Part shown: positions 27,097 to 39,856 of the stretch, piece after piece
Position numbering within the stretch: position 1 is the stretch's first letter
Layout: every line of letters starts with the position of its first letter
Origin: Octopus sinensis
Taxonomy: Eukaryota
DNA length: 64,000 bases
NCBI RefSeq assembly: GCF_006345805.1
Contig: NC_042997.1
Coordinates: 199,826,001-199,890,000 of the forward strand
Direction: 5' to 3'
Made by a program: the position numbers and the translations under genes
Notes under the pieces: generated by a model
What the model saw: only the letters and a program-made list of their open reading frames with translations
Databases searched by the model: none
Told to the model about the DNA's origin: nothing

Positions 27097-28149
27097 AAAT
27101 GGTGCAAGAGGTATTTGAGGACATATTTAGTCATGTAATAAAATATGACTAATCTAGCAAAATGTATTTGAATAAAAATTTATTCACATATTTTTGATAA
27201 GCTTTTCTTTTATAGGATTATTCTATGATTCAGCATTGAACTTCAATGCTGGACCAGAATCACTGATATACCTGCACTAAAAGGTCCTTATCCATTTAAG
27301 ACATCACCTGGATGATCAGACGTTTGGTGTTAAATAATTGTTAAGATTACCTGACATGCATTCTTGGGTTACATGGCCTTTGTGAGAAAGTGCTGAGTTT
27401 TGTCGAAACTTATATGGCCTTCGACTGCATACTTCAACCATCCAGGATTTTAACAAAACTGTTTCCAACACTTCTATACATCCAGCAGCAGTAATTCTAA
27501 GAAAATGTGGAAAAATGTGAGGTAGTATAACAACACTCTTAAAACCATTACAGTTGTTAGAAATTTAGCTTGCATCATTCTGAGGACATCAGAAGAATAT
27601 GCAAATAACCATCTGTCATTTCTTTTGTTAGATTTTTGGTCCTGGTCAAAGTTTTTCTCATTGGAGAACATGAGGATTTCTAATCTTAAGTAACCACTTG
27701 GATTTGCAAACATTGGCCTTTCCTCAGTATATACAACTTACATGGAATGTTCTTGTACACTGCTGTTCTGATAGTCTACTGAAATTTTTGGTAATGGTCC
27801 TCATTGATTTTCCTAGGATCATCTGTAATGTTCTGAAGATGTTGAATAAATTGTGGTGTCCTGATTGTGTCTGAACATTCAGATTGTATCTTTCTATTTT
27901 ATACAGTTGAAACAATCCCACTAGAGGCTTCCAGTTCTATCAAAACTTTGTGTAGAAAAGATCTTGTAATGTTTAGGAAGCTGACAATTTCTAAATTGCT
28001 AGGTTCCACATATATGGCAACAATGACTACATGTCTTTACTCTTTTTGTAAAGAAATGTTGCGGGGGAGCTGAAAAAAATAAACTTTTAATCAGTCTGAA
28101 GAGTAATATACTGATAATTAAGTGTCCTCAAATATCCCTCACACCTTCA
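27097..28149 (-). mobile_element. Decayed DD37D (maT/Bmmar1-like) transposon with both degenerate TIRs
   Basis: ggtgcaagaggtatttgaggaca (27101) versus tgtcctcaaatatccctcacacc (28123-28145). Minus-strand FSNEKNFDQDQKSNKRNDRW...MQAKFLTTVMVL is typical of the maT D1 region. Many stops and deletions. Confidence 0.75.
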
Positions 28150-28524
28150 GTGTGTATACCCTTGTCTTGATATCATATGATGGTTGTAGATGATATATAC
28201 AATTATACAAGTGATAGTTATTCCCAGTCTTCTGTGAAAAAGATGTCTACCCAAAGAGATGATCTACCTCAACAAATTTGTCTGACCCATGCAAGCATGG
28301 AAAGGTGGATACTGTGATGGTGGTATATGTTTTTCAGTGTAAACTAGTGTCATGGTCATTTATGTTAAAGGTAACTTAGCAATTCAAAAAACATATCCAT
28401 AAAATAAGTATTCATCTGAAATAAGAGCTAGGTTAGTGAACAATCAATTAAGTTCTTGTATGTCCCATCATTGCTACATTCCAATGACTAAAACAAATTA
28501 AAAGTAAAAGAATTAAATAAACAG

Positions 28525-28712
28525 AGGCACAGGAGTGGCTGTGTGGTAAGTATAGGTGCAGGAGTGGTTGTGTGGTAAGTAGCTTGCTTACCAACCACAT
28601 AGTTCCAGGTTCAGTCCCACTGCATGGCACCTTGGGCAAGTGTTTACTGTAGCCTCGGGTCGAACAAAGCCTTGCAAGTGGATTTGGTAGATGGAAACAA
28701 AGAAGCCAGTCG

Positions 28713-28751
<39 letters not shown>

Positions 28752-28955
28752 ATGTATGTCTGTGTTTGTCCCCCAACATTGCTTGACAACTGATGCTGGT
28801 GTGTTTACATCCCCGTAACTTAGTGGCTTGGCAAAAGATACCGATGGAATAAGTACTAAGCTTACAAAGATTAAGTCCTGGGGTCGATTTGTTTGACTAA
28901 AGGCGGTGCTCCAGCATGGCCACAGTGAAATAACTAAAACAAGTAAAAGAGTAAA
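28525..28955 (+). mobile_element. Family A SINE, full length, with tandemly duplicated head
   Basis: caggagtgg(c/t)tgtgtggtaagta occurs twice at ~28529 and ~28559, then a complete body and tail. Confidence 0.85.
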
Positions 28956-29214
28956 CAGGTGCATTGCAACAGAGTCTCAGCAACCATTTAAAATATCAGT
29001 ACACTATTTCTTTCATTTCCTCCAATAATATCTCCCAATATTATATTGTGTTAGGAATCGCATGTTTTGCAACAACCTGGTTACTAACACTATTTGACTG
29101 TTACAAGTTAGTTGTTGGCTGACAGCTTACTTTACTCTTTCTTCCTTATTCACAACCACTATATCACTTCACAATATTTCAAAATTTCAATCTCCAATAT
29201 TTCTTTCTAGAATG

Positions 29215-29215
<1 letters not shown>

Positions 29216-29272
<57 letters not shown>
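29216..29272. repeat. (GT)n microsatellite
   Basis: Direct reading of the sequence. Confidence 0.95.
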
Positions 29273-29273
<1 letters not shown>

Positions 29274-29729
29274 TGTACTTGTGCATGTGTGCACACACGC
29301 ACGGTGTTGTGATCAACAATTTTTTTTCTTCTTTCCTGTTTAAATTTTTATCTTTCATTTATGTATTCTTTCTACATTTTCATTTTGTTATTATGTCTAG
29401 TATTGGTTGAATCATTAGCTGTATTCTACATTCTGTCACACTACACTTTCACACACAATACCAGCTGAAAAATTTTATGGTTTTTGGCTGTAGTCCATGG
29501 CCTTGCTTATACATTGCCTGCACTTCCTTTTTTATGTGATTTTTTTCTAAAGTGAAACTTGGCTTGGTCATTTCATGTCAAATTTTCTGATGCTTATACT
29601 GTTCATTAATGGATGTTACCTACCATTTTATGACTTTCATAGTGTAAATATTTACTTCTTTACAAATTATTTACTTATACAATCGTATTTCAACAACTAC
29701 ACACCCACATAATTTTGTCTGTTCTTTCA

Positions 29730-30205
29730 CATCATCATCATTTAACGTCCATTGTCCAAGCTGGCATGGGTTGGACGGTTTGACCGAGCAGGCACGCTGG
29801 AAGGCTGCGCCAGACTCCAGTCTGATTTGGCATTGTTTTCTATGGCTGGATGCCTTTCCTAATGCCAACCACTCAGAGTGTAATGGGTGCTTTTACATGC
29901 CATTGGCATGGGTACCATTTGCATGACACCAGTATCTGCCTCAACTATGATTTTGCTCAGTTTGATGGGTCTCCTTCTGAAGCACAGCATAAAGACAAAG
30001 CTTTCGGTCATTGCCTGCATGAGGCCCAACACTCAAAAGGAATTCAGCTTTTTTGGTCTCTATGAGGCCCAATGCTTGAAAGGAAATCAGCCACTTTGCC
30101 TCTGTGAAGTCCAACACTCAAAAGAAATTCAGCCTCTTCACCTGCATGAGGCCCAATGCTTGAAAGATACTCAGCTATTTTGCCTCCATGAGACCCAACA
30201 CACCT
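29730..30205 (-). mobile_element. Family C element carrying about five copies of a ~40-bp minisatellite
   Basis: catcatcatcatttaacgtcc...ggctggatgcctttcctaatgccaacc. Unit (c/t)atgaggcccaa....c/tgaaag.aa.tcagc repeated at ~30005-30200. Confidence 0.75.
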
Positions 30206-30434
30206 GCTTGATTTTATGAAATTTATTCAATGCTAGCATGGGTTAGACATTAAATGATGCCTCGTTTTACAGTCAGATGCCCTCCCTATCGCTGGCTTTT
30301 ACATGTTTTTTAAGTAAACCATCTCCTTTTTCAGTCATCTTTGAAGATGCAAAGCTAGCACATGATTTATTAACTGAAGAAATAATGCTATTACTGCTTG
30401 CAGTTTGCAATTTTCAAAGTAGCAACAATATTCT

Positions 30435-30613
30435 TTTCCACTCTAGGAACAAGGCCCGAAATTTTTGGTGAGGGAGCCAGTTGATTAGATCGACCCCAAA
30501 AGGATGAAAGACAAAGTCAACCTCAGCAGAATTTGAACTCAGAACATAAAGATAGATGAAATATCGCTAAGCATTTCATGCAGCATGCTAACATTTCTGC
30601 CAGCTCGCCACCT
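30435..30613 (-). mobile_element. Family B SINE with internal deletion
   Basis: cgaccccaaaaggatgaaagacaaagtcaacctc...gccagctcgccacc. Confidence 0.75.
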
Positions 30614-31419
30614 TAGAGTAGCAAAAATATTAACACACACATGGGCAGACATATATACACAATTAATGATGATAATAATAATAAAGGTAATGATCCTTCC
30701 CAAGTCCTAGTTTCATAGGGCCAATTTCCCAGTTTTTATGGTGCCTATATTTACCCCTGGACAGAACACCAGTCCATCGCATGATTACTCATTTTTGCTA
30801 GTTGAGTAGACTAGAGCAACATGAAATTAAGTATATTATTCAAAAGCACAATTCCATTTGTTATGAAAATGATGCTGCACCAACAAATGTATGACAAACA
30901 TTGATTTACTATGATAATGGTTCTATTAGTAATTATAAGTAATTATAAATAATATGGTGCAAAGGCATTAGATTAGTTGTTAGCAAAGAAAAAAACAAAG
31001 AAAAATCTAGCTCACCATATTATAGAAAACATGATGAGAACCATCCCACAGTATATATATTTGATATTATGACTATATTGTATATAATACCTATAAAAGT
31101 TAATGCTAACAACTACTAAAAGCAGTTGAGTAGATGTTAAATGTACTAATTTAGCAAGCAGTATATTTAAAACAAACAGCAAGAGTGTGTCTCAACCAAG
31201 AGGTGCTAGAGCTGCTTTACATGTGTATATTCATTGAAGAATAGATCTGCATTGTTATTATTATATACTAATAAATTCATATCAATGGACCTTTTAAGTG
31301 TACCCTAATGATTTATACACCAAGATTTTGTAATTTACCATGTTTGTTCAGAGCATGCTAGTAAGGTATAGATGAAGGTTTACTTTTAACATAACCGTTC
31401 TATAAACACAAGCAAGGCT

Positions 31420-31785
31420 ATGTGGTTGAGAAGGTTGTTTTCAGTCCGACCATACAGGATTTTTGGCAAGTGTCTTCTTTGACAAACCTGGTTTGACCAA
31501 AGCCTTGTGTGCGGATTTGGTAAATATGAACTGAAAGAAGCTTGCCATACCTAACACACATGTGTGCATGTGTGTGTCTATACGACATTGTCTTGATATC
31601 ATGTGATGGTTGCAAACAAGCATCAACTCACAAGCTATGTTGTTTATTTCCAATCTTCCATGAAAATGTGTCTGGCCTTAGAGAAAAGATATGGTTTGAC
31701 AGCAAGAAGGGTATCTGACCATAGAAAAGGTGCCTCAACAAATTCTGTTTGATCCATGCAAGCATGGAAGTGCATTAAAAAGTGA
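31420..31785 (+). mobile_element. Family A-related SINE with an alternative tail, decayed
   Basis: Family A head/core followed by tgtcttgatatcatgtgatggttg...catgcaagcatggaag. Similar tails occur at ~28160-28320 and ~62620-62820. Confidence 0.6.
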
Positions 31786-32577
31786 TGATAATGATTGTTC
31801 TTATACTAATTAGACCTCACTTATCAAAACGAAATGAGAGGGTAGTAGTTTGTTCAGACAACCGACTTGATTGAAAACAAAGGATGTCATGCTGATTATA
31901 ATTACATTAAAATAACCTTGTTTACAGAGTTTTTTTTTATATCCTTCATATTTCATGACATTCTACAAATTAAATCATATAAATAACATCATGCCAATAT
32001 TATAGAGAGAGATTTGCAGTTGAAAATTCAAAGAAGCATGAGGCACATACACAAATGTACAATTATATGAATGCAGAGACAGGAAGTTCATTGAGTACAT
32101 AAAATACATTAAAATCATGTAAATACAATTCATTGAGCTAACGGAGGCTATTCATTGTTTTTTAAAGAAAATAACCAGTCACAGTTGCTTGAGGTGCTTG
32201 TGTCACTTGGCTTCTTGTCAGAGAGAGAGAGCATCTGACAAAGATGCATCACCTTAATGACATGGGCTTCATGTACTTCTTGCTACTTCATGAAAGAAAA
32301 ATTTGTAGAAGTCCCACAATGTGGAGTGGTTGCTGCAGCAGCAAATGTCACTGGCCATTCTCCATGGCAATGCTTTTGCAATCATGTTCACAGGGCACGG
32401 CTAAACACAGCATTTGCTCTGCCCCATCTTCTGCTGCTGCTTAACTCCTTTTTTTGTGCTGCTTAATCCCCTTGTCTTATTTTTTCTTTGATCCCTTGTG
32501 AGGTAGTTATGGGTTTTTATCTCAATAATTTGATCTCTTATACTTTTAAAGTTTCTTTTCTTTTCTTCCTATAAAAA

Positions 32578-32905
32578 TCATCGTCGTCATCATCATCATC
32601 GTTTAATGCCTGCTTGCCATGCTGGCATGGGTTGGATGGTTTGACAGAGGACTATCAAGCCAGGCAGCTGCACCAGGCTCTAATCCGATCTGGCAATGTA
32701 TCTATAGCTGGATGGCCTTCCTAATGCCAACTACTCCGAGAGTGTAGTGGGTGCTTTTTACATGCCACCGACATGGGGGCCAGTCAAGTGATACTGGCAT
32801 CAACCATACTCAAATGGTGCTTTTTACATGCCACCAGGATGGGAGCCAGTCAGGCAGCACTGGCATTGACCACACTTGAATGGTGTTTTTTATGTGCCAC
32901 CGGCA
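32578..32905 (-). mobile_element. Family C element with internal ~65-bp duplication
   Basis: catcatcatcgtttaatgcc...ctggatggccttcctaatgccaac. gccagtca.g..a.tggcat repeated. Confidence 0.75.
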
Positions 32906-34004
32906 GGGGAAAATATATTAATAAAAAAAAAAGTCCGATTCAAAAACATAATGTTACTTGGACATTGTAGAAATATGATATCGACAATATTCATTGATAT
33001 TTTACTGTTTTATCAACTCAATTAAACAATGTTCAAAAGTAAAAACGAAAACACTGATAGTTTCATCAATGGGGACTGAAGGGAGATGCCAATATCTGAG
33101 TTCCCTTAGCATCCATGTTACCCATATCTTCCCGTATTTTGACTTCCATTTTAATGCATGTGAAATGTAACTTTGGCAGATAAATTTCTTTATCATTGGT
33201 CTTTATATACTGCGAACAAATTGCTTTTCTAATGTTGGAATTGAAATTTTGAAAACTTTGGTTCCTTCTCACAACAATTCAAATACCACAGAATTCTGCT
33301 TTCTTTTTCTTTATCAATCATCAACAGTGATTGCTTTGTAAGATTATTTAACACTATTGAAAGTGACTGACTGAGACCAAGCTAGTGGATCAATGAACAC
33401 GTGGTGTTTTTGTTCAGTACAAACAAAAGACACAATCATTGCACCAGTGTTGGTAACACCTCATTGATGTAATAATGTTTTTACATATTCTTCAGTAATT
33501 TACTTTTAATTACTATAAATAAAAGATGAAGGTAGTTACACTAGTATTTTCTTTGAGTTCAGCTTACACAGACACAAACTGGTTAATTAAATATTCACAG
33601 AACCGAGAGAGTTGGTATAATTGATATTCAGATGACTGAGACTTGGCTTTACTCTATAACCTGTTGTCACTAATTTGAGCTGCCTCTTCAGTGCATCTTT
33701 CAGTGAAGATTGCACAAAATACTTTAATACATCTCACAATATATATTATACTTCTTGTGCTCAAAATACACGGGGTACAAATAGCAAATTTTATAGATTT
33801 GTTTTTCACAGTCACAGACTAGAAATATTGCATCACTAAAAGTCAACACATACCATTTACATATCTTAGTTACCATATTGCTTATTGACTAATGCAAAAC
33901 TAGTAGCAGAATACTGGCCATACAACATTCTTTAGGCTGTTTTTAATAATTTCTTAGTACTTAAGATACTTTGGTTTTATCGTTTTGTGTAACTATATAT
34001 TTCA

Positions 34005-34680
34005 TCATCATCATCATTTAACTTCTGTTACCCATGCTGACATAGGTTGGACAGTTTGACCGGGATGGCATGCTGGAAAGCTGCACTAGACTCCAGTTTG
34101 ATTTGGCATGGCTTTCTATGGCTGGATGTGCTCTTTAACGCCAACCACTCAGAGTGTAATGAGTGCTTTTATGTGCCACCAGCACAGATGCTAATTTGCG
34201 TGACACTGGTATCTGCCACCACTGTGATTTTGCTTGGCTTGATGGGTCATCTTCTCAAGTACGACATAATGCCTTCCTGAAGCCCAACACTCAAAAGGAA
34301 CTCAGCCATTTTGCCTCCATGAGGCCCAACACTTGAAAAGAACTCGACCACTTTGCCTCCGTGAGGCCCAATGCTCAAAAGGTGTTCTTTTTGTGCCACC
34401 AGTACAGGTGCACTTCGCTTGGCATGTCCTCTCAAGCGCAGCACATCACCAAAGTCTAGGTCATTAGTCATTGCCTCTGTGAGGCTCAAAATTCAAAGAT
34501 CATGCTTCAGCACCTCATTCCTTGTCTTTCTGGGTCTACTTTTACCATAGGTTCCCTCTACAATTAGAGATCGGCACTTCTTTACACAACTGTCCTCATC
34601 CATACACCACACATAACCATACCAGCGCAGTCATCTCTTTTGCACACCCCATTTGATGCCTCTTATGCTTAACTGTTCTC
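34005..34680 (-). mobile_element. Family C element extending into a longer (probably LINE-derived) segment, with the ~40-bp minisatellite
   Basis: Family C terminus at 34005. gaggcccaacactcaaaaggaactc-type units at 34280-34385, the same unit as at 30005-30200. Confidence 0.65.
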
Positions 34681-35684
34681 TATTTGCATGGAGAAAAGGA
34701 GTTGCTTGAATTTGCAAATCATGGGGTTAATACAGACATAATATATCTCTCATTACTTTTAAGAATTATACCAGTGATGTGTTGATTTTGTTACTTTAAG
34801 ATATAGCAGGGCTATTTGGTTTAGCTTCAAGTTAGCCATAGATTTCATGAAATGTAAATGGTAGCTTACATGGTTTGAAATATATACCATCAACATTTAC
34901 TGTCCATGTTCCATGCTGGCATTGGTGGTTCAGCCCAAAGAGTGCATGGGGCCCTAGAGTATGCTTTGACATGGTTTCTGCAGCTGGAAGTTCTTCCTAA
35001 TACCAACTGATTTGCAGCATGTACTGGTACCAGGTGCTTTCTTTTTGTGCCACTAACACTACTAAAGTTGCTATGCTGCCTGCAAGACTACCAATCACAA
35101 GGGAGGTGAGGAATAACTTTATGCTAGGATATGAGGAGTAGAGAGATGTAAAGTATTAAAGAAAAGAGCCGGATGAGCATGGGTTTCTTGCTGTAGAGGA
35201 GCTATACGACTACTCACATCTTAGAAGAAAGGGTGGGAGCGATCAGGTAAAGGTGGAAAGAGATAAGGTGTCAGGACAGACCTTCCAGGTATGAGGTGGG
35301 TTGAAATGAGAGAGGTAGTAGAACCAGAAGTGAGTGAGAGATAGAGGACATCTGACAGTGTGGGGTAACAGGATAGAATGGCTGATAAACAGGACGAGAG
35401 ACATGACATGCTGCTAGGTAGGTTCAGAAGTGGATGGGGAAGAGAGGGACATGTATAGTGTATAAGGAAGGTGAGATGGATGAATGTGAAGTTAATTTAG
35501 TAGCACAGTGGGGGTGGGTCATCAATGAAAATGTGGGTGAAGCTGTTGTTGAGGTGTCTAGAATTATGGTGAATGGAAATTTACACTCCTGTGAGTGGTA
35601 ACAATCAGGTATTGAATATTGTAGAGTTATAATCAGCATCCTGATTACCATTGTGTATAATTATTTTGACAAGGTTATCAATAT

Positions 35685-35980
35685 CACGTGATCACGTGAC
35701 CGACCAGACTGTCAGATGTTACACATCGCTGGCCACAATGCGTTCGCATTGTTTTAGCCTTCAAATGATGCCACCCCGCTGGCTAAGCGAGCAGGCCAAC
35801 AGAAGAAAGAGGTGGTGAAAGAGTGGTGAAAGAGTACAGCAGGGATCACCACCCCCTGCCGGAGCCTCGTGGAGCTTTTAGGTGTTTTCGCTCAATAAAC
35901 ACTTACAACGCCCGGTCTGGGAATCGAAGCCGCGATCCTGCGACCACGAGTCCACTGCCCTAACCACTAGGCCATTGCCT
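35685..35980 (-). mobile_element. Young, intact tRNA-headed SINE with 13-bp TSD
   Basis: Minus head aggcaatggcctagtggttagggcag...ggcttcgattccc. CpGs retained. aggttatcaatat at 35672-35684 and 35981-35993. Confidence 0.9.
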
Positions 35981-36704
35981 AGGTTATCAATATAATGAGA
36001 GTAAAATATCAAAGTATCACCTGAGACTACTATTCCAGTATGAAAATATGATGATGTATCTAGTAGACCTAACTTTGAATGTTTTAACTTCTTCCTGTTC
36101 GATCAGTTCATTTTTTTTTATAATTTGAAGACATGATTCTTCAGTGTGATTTTGAGGCTGATAAAAACTGCTTGTGCAGTCATGATTCTTATGTTAAGAC
36201 TGACAATCAGTAGTAGGCTAGATAGCTTTAGTCTATCCTAACTAATAATTTAACAGCATAAATGATGGCGGGTGGTCAACATGGTTTTGACTTTTGCCTG
36301 ATAAAACACAACTATATTCAAAATTATGTAAAAAAAATTTTTTTCCAGGAATTACCTATTTATATTTATCGCTTCCAGTACCAAGACTTACTTCAACAAA
36401 AAATAATCTATTTTCCAATAAACAGTTAGCTGTAATATTTCAATCTAGCCTTACTGTCACCATTGTTCAACTGATACTGTTTTATCAATAATGAAAAGAA
36501 AATAGGGTGGTGAATTGGTAGAATTGTTAATATCTGACAAAATGCTTTGTAGTGTTCGTTCTGGTTTGTGACATTTTAATTTCAAATCCTGCTGAGGTGG
36601 AGTTTTTTATCTTTCCAAGCAGGGCTGGATTAAGACCCATAGAGACCTAAATACTTGAAAGATTTTGGTGCCCCCATAAATATTTAATTCAAAATATAAA
36701 TGCA

Positions 36705-36887
36705 TGCCGGTGGCACGTAAAAGGCACCCACTACACTCACGGAGTGATTGGCGTTAGGAAGGGCATCCAGCTGTAGAAACACTGCCAGATCAGACTGGGC
36801 TGGGTGCAGCCTCCTGGCTTCCCAGACCCCAGTCGAACCGTCCAGCCCATGCTAGCATGGAAAGCGGATGTTAAACTATGATGATGA
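36705..36887 (+). mobile_element. Family C element, well preserved
   Basis: ttggcgttaggaagggcatccagctgtagaaac...catggaaagcggatgttaaactatgatgatgac. Confidence 0.8.
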
Positions 36888-38284
36888 CAAAACAAAACTA
36901 ACAGTTAGATGGAAAATAATGTTTATTTTTGTATACTTCCACTTAAATTTGAAAACTTTTCTCTTACATTTTTTTAAGTGCAAAGTCTGATTAAATCCTC
37001 CCTATGACACCATCAACACTTCAAAATTATATTTCCAACCATATAAACCACTCCAAATATTATTTTAGTAAGTTTAAAGTGATTTTATTTTTGTTCTGAA
37101 AACCATTTACCATTTCTGTCCCACCACCACTTCCCTCATGCCTTGAGTATATACTTATTTTGCTTGATGGGTAATCCAGCATTGCTTCCAAGATTGATAA
37201 AATAAAGTACCAGTCAAGGCCAGGATCAATATAATCAAATAACTCATCTCTCCAAAATTTATGGCCTTGTGCCATAAAAAAGTATTTGAGGGGGGAAAAA
37301 ATAAGGTTTAGGTTAAGAAAATGTGACCCTAATTGCTACTTCTTAGCCAGAGACATGTTAAAAGAATTTCATGCACTTAGAAATCTTATGGAACTCATGA
37401 AATACTAAACAGAATACTATTTGCCACTGTGTATACATTAACAACTATAAATTCAGACGCATTGTAAAAGTTATGATTGATGGCGTTATTAATTGGAATT
37501 TTAAAGCTGAATATTTAAAGTGACTAGTGTTTATAGATAGACTAGATTACAACATTGTGTAAACTGTAAGACTTCCTTCTTGTAAACTATTTCAGGTCTG
37601 GCTCACTATTTTGACAATATGTCATATTCCATTGTTAGAACATTCCTCTGCACTATACATTGTTAATTCACAGTTTTCATTCATTTGCTGTCATTCAACT
37701 AGAGTATTAAACACTCTTATCAGGTTTTAACATGGAAACATTTATGACATAGCTTCCCATTTTTCCGATTGCCTGTGTGATATGCTGGGTGATAAATATT
37801 CCTTATAATTCATGATCAGACACAGATATGTAGTTCAAATGATTGTATTTGTAGTTCAAATCATTATTTTTATGAAGTTGAGAATGAAAGTGTAGATTGT
37901 ATATATTTTATTATCACTGCTATTAGTTATACAAAACAGGGAGGGAAAAGAAGAAAACTTCAATAATAACAGTTTTAGCACTTGAAGAAAGATAACTGAT
38001 TTCATTCAAAGCAATGTGAATTCCTCAATAAATGCTAAATGTTACTTTTAATAATTATGTTATGACAGAAAAAGTAATCATAATAAAAATTTCTAACGTA
38101 AGCACAAAACCAGAAAATTGAAAGTTGAGACAAGGTTAGTTGTTTAATTCAGTCCCCAGTACTGGCCTCATGCTTTTATTCCAACCACCCAGAAAGGATC
38201 AAAGCAAATCAAACCTCAAAATCATTTGAAATCAGAATGTAAAGAGTCAAAACAAAAATAAAATGATGATTATTGTTCTTCCAT

Positions 38285-38870
38285 TTGTTTCAGTCATTTG
38301 TCTGCAGCCATGCTAGGAACCACTTCCTGCTCCCTCAATGGAGGGAGAGAAGGAGGAGGATGTTGAGGAGGTGGAAACCTCCTTGAAAAATCGAAACAAA
38401 AAATTGTTGCCCACCGAAGAACCTGAGAGCTGCGGGAGAAAAGGAGGACCTGCTGGACACAGCAAAGGAACACCACCCTCCCGCAGCCCAAGGGAAAAAG
38501 AAAAGAAAAAAGAAAAACGGGACATTGTCTTAAAGGATTTTAGTCAAACAAATCGACCCCAGGACCTATTTTTAAGTCTAGTACTTATTCTATTAGTCTC
38601 TTTTGCTGAACCTCTAAGTTATGTGGACATAAATATACCAACACCAGTTGTCAAGCAGTGAGGGGAGGGGGTCAAATACAGAGACATAGTCACACATATA
38701 TATATACACACACACACACATACATATACAACAGGCTTCTTTCAGTTTCCATCTACCAAATCCATTCACAAAGCTTTGGTCAGCCTGAGGCTATAGTAGA
38801 AGACACTTGCTCAAGATACCACAGGGTGGGACTGAACCAAGAAGTATGTGGTTTGGAAGCAAGCTTCTTT
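38285..38870 (-). mobile_element. Family A SINE interrupted by a ~195-bp GC/purine-rich insert (~38327-38521)
   Basis: The SINE tail runs ...gcagccatgctaggaaccac and resumes ...ttttagtcaaacaaatcgaccccagg after the insert. Confidence 0.8.
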
Positions 38871-39021
38871 ATTTCATTAAATTTGCCACAAGGGCAGCAC
38901 AGAGAGAGAAGCTTGAGTGCTAGACAGAGACATTAATGGGATGAATGATGATGATATATGGATGATAAGGACGGGAGAAGACGAAAAGCGCCCGCCGACT
39001 TTCGCTTCTCTAAAACATTGA

Positions 39022-39362
39022 TCTTTTTTTCTTTTTTTTTTTAAAACACAATGAGGCAATAAACCTCTTACACAGTTCAAAATTAAAAATAAAACACAAA
39101 CACGAGGCAATAATCCTCTCACTTTTTACATTTTTAGTCTCTTTTTGGGGTAATACACCTCTTCAATTTTTCCGCCCAGCCAGGCTCCTCGCTTCATCGA
39201 AGCACCTGATCCATTCCGAACTTAAAGGTTTCAACATAAATCTGAAGGAGTCCTTCGAGAAGGAGTTTATTATCTTCCGTAGATCCTTCTCCCAAATGAC
39301 CTCCGCAGCCACCTGCGAAGGCCACTCAGGGTCCTCCGTGTAAGACAGAAGCCCCTCCCACC
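39022..39362 (-). mobile_element. 5'-truncated L1/Tx1-like LINE 3' end with A-rich tail
   Basis: Minus frame WEGLLSYTEDPEWPSQVAAEVIWEKDLRKII..SFRFMLK..EWIRCF then stop, a short UTR with an internal duplication, then aaaaaaaaaagaaaaaaag. Clade assignment is from motif style only. Confidence 0.45.
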
Positions 39363-39800
39363 GGCACTTTCGTTCAATTTTTTTGATTTCATTTTGCTCT
39401 CGGATTCACTGTTTCCACTTTCGGAAAATGAAACATCAGATTCATTATCAAATACCACGTGCTTTTTTTTTCAGTCATAGAGCTAGATTTATCAAGGTCT
39501 TCAGTAGAAAATCCTTAGAATTCTGACTCGCTGCTTGATATAATGAAATTCGTATCCATTTTTTGTCAGAATTACAAATTTTGAAAACACAATAGGAACA
39601 AATTTCGGGAAAAAATCTCCCAAAATTTACAGAATTAAAATTACACTTCGATTTTTGTACAAAACTGTAGTTCAACTGTTTACGAAGTATAATACGTGTT
39701 TTCACGAATCTACTAAAGAGATTTAAATATGAATAGGTAAATTCGGGCGGTTTGGTCACAATAACCAAAATTTTTTTCGGGCGCTTTGGTATCGAAAGGG
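39363..39800 (-). mobile_element. 5' end of a young piggyBac-like element
   Basis: TTAA at 39801-39804 followed on minus by CCCTTTCGATACC. CpG-rich. Leads into acidic VFDNESDVSFSESGNSESE. Opposite TIR not found. Confidence 0.6.
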
Positions 39801-39815
39801 TTAATATCATCACAG

Positions 39816-39856
<41 letters not shown>

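Noticed and set aside
35100-35650. Purine-rich segment as a CR1-type LINE 3' end
   Set aside because: Composition is suggestive but no motif could be read with confidence.
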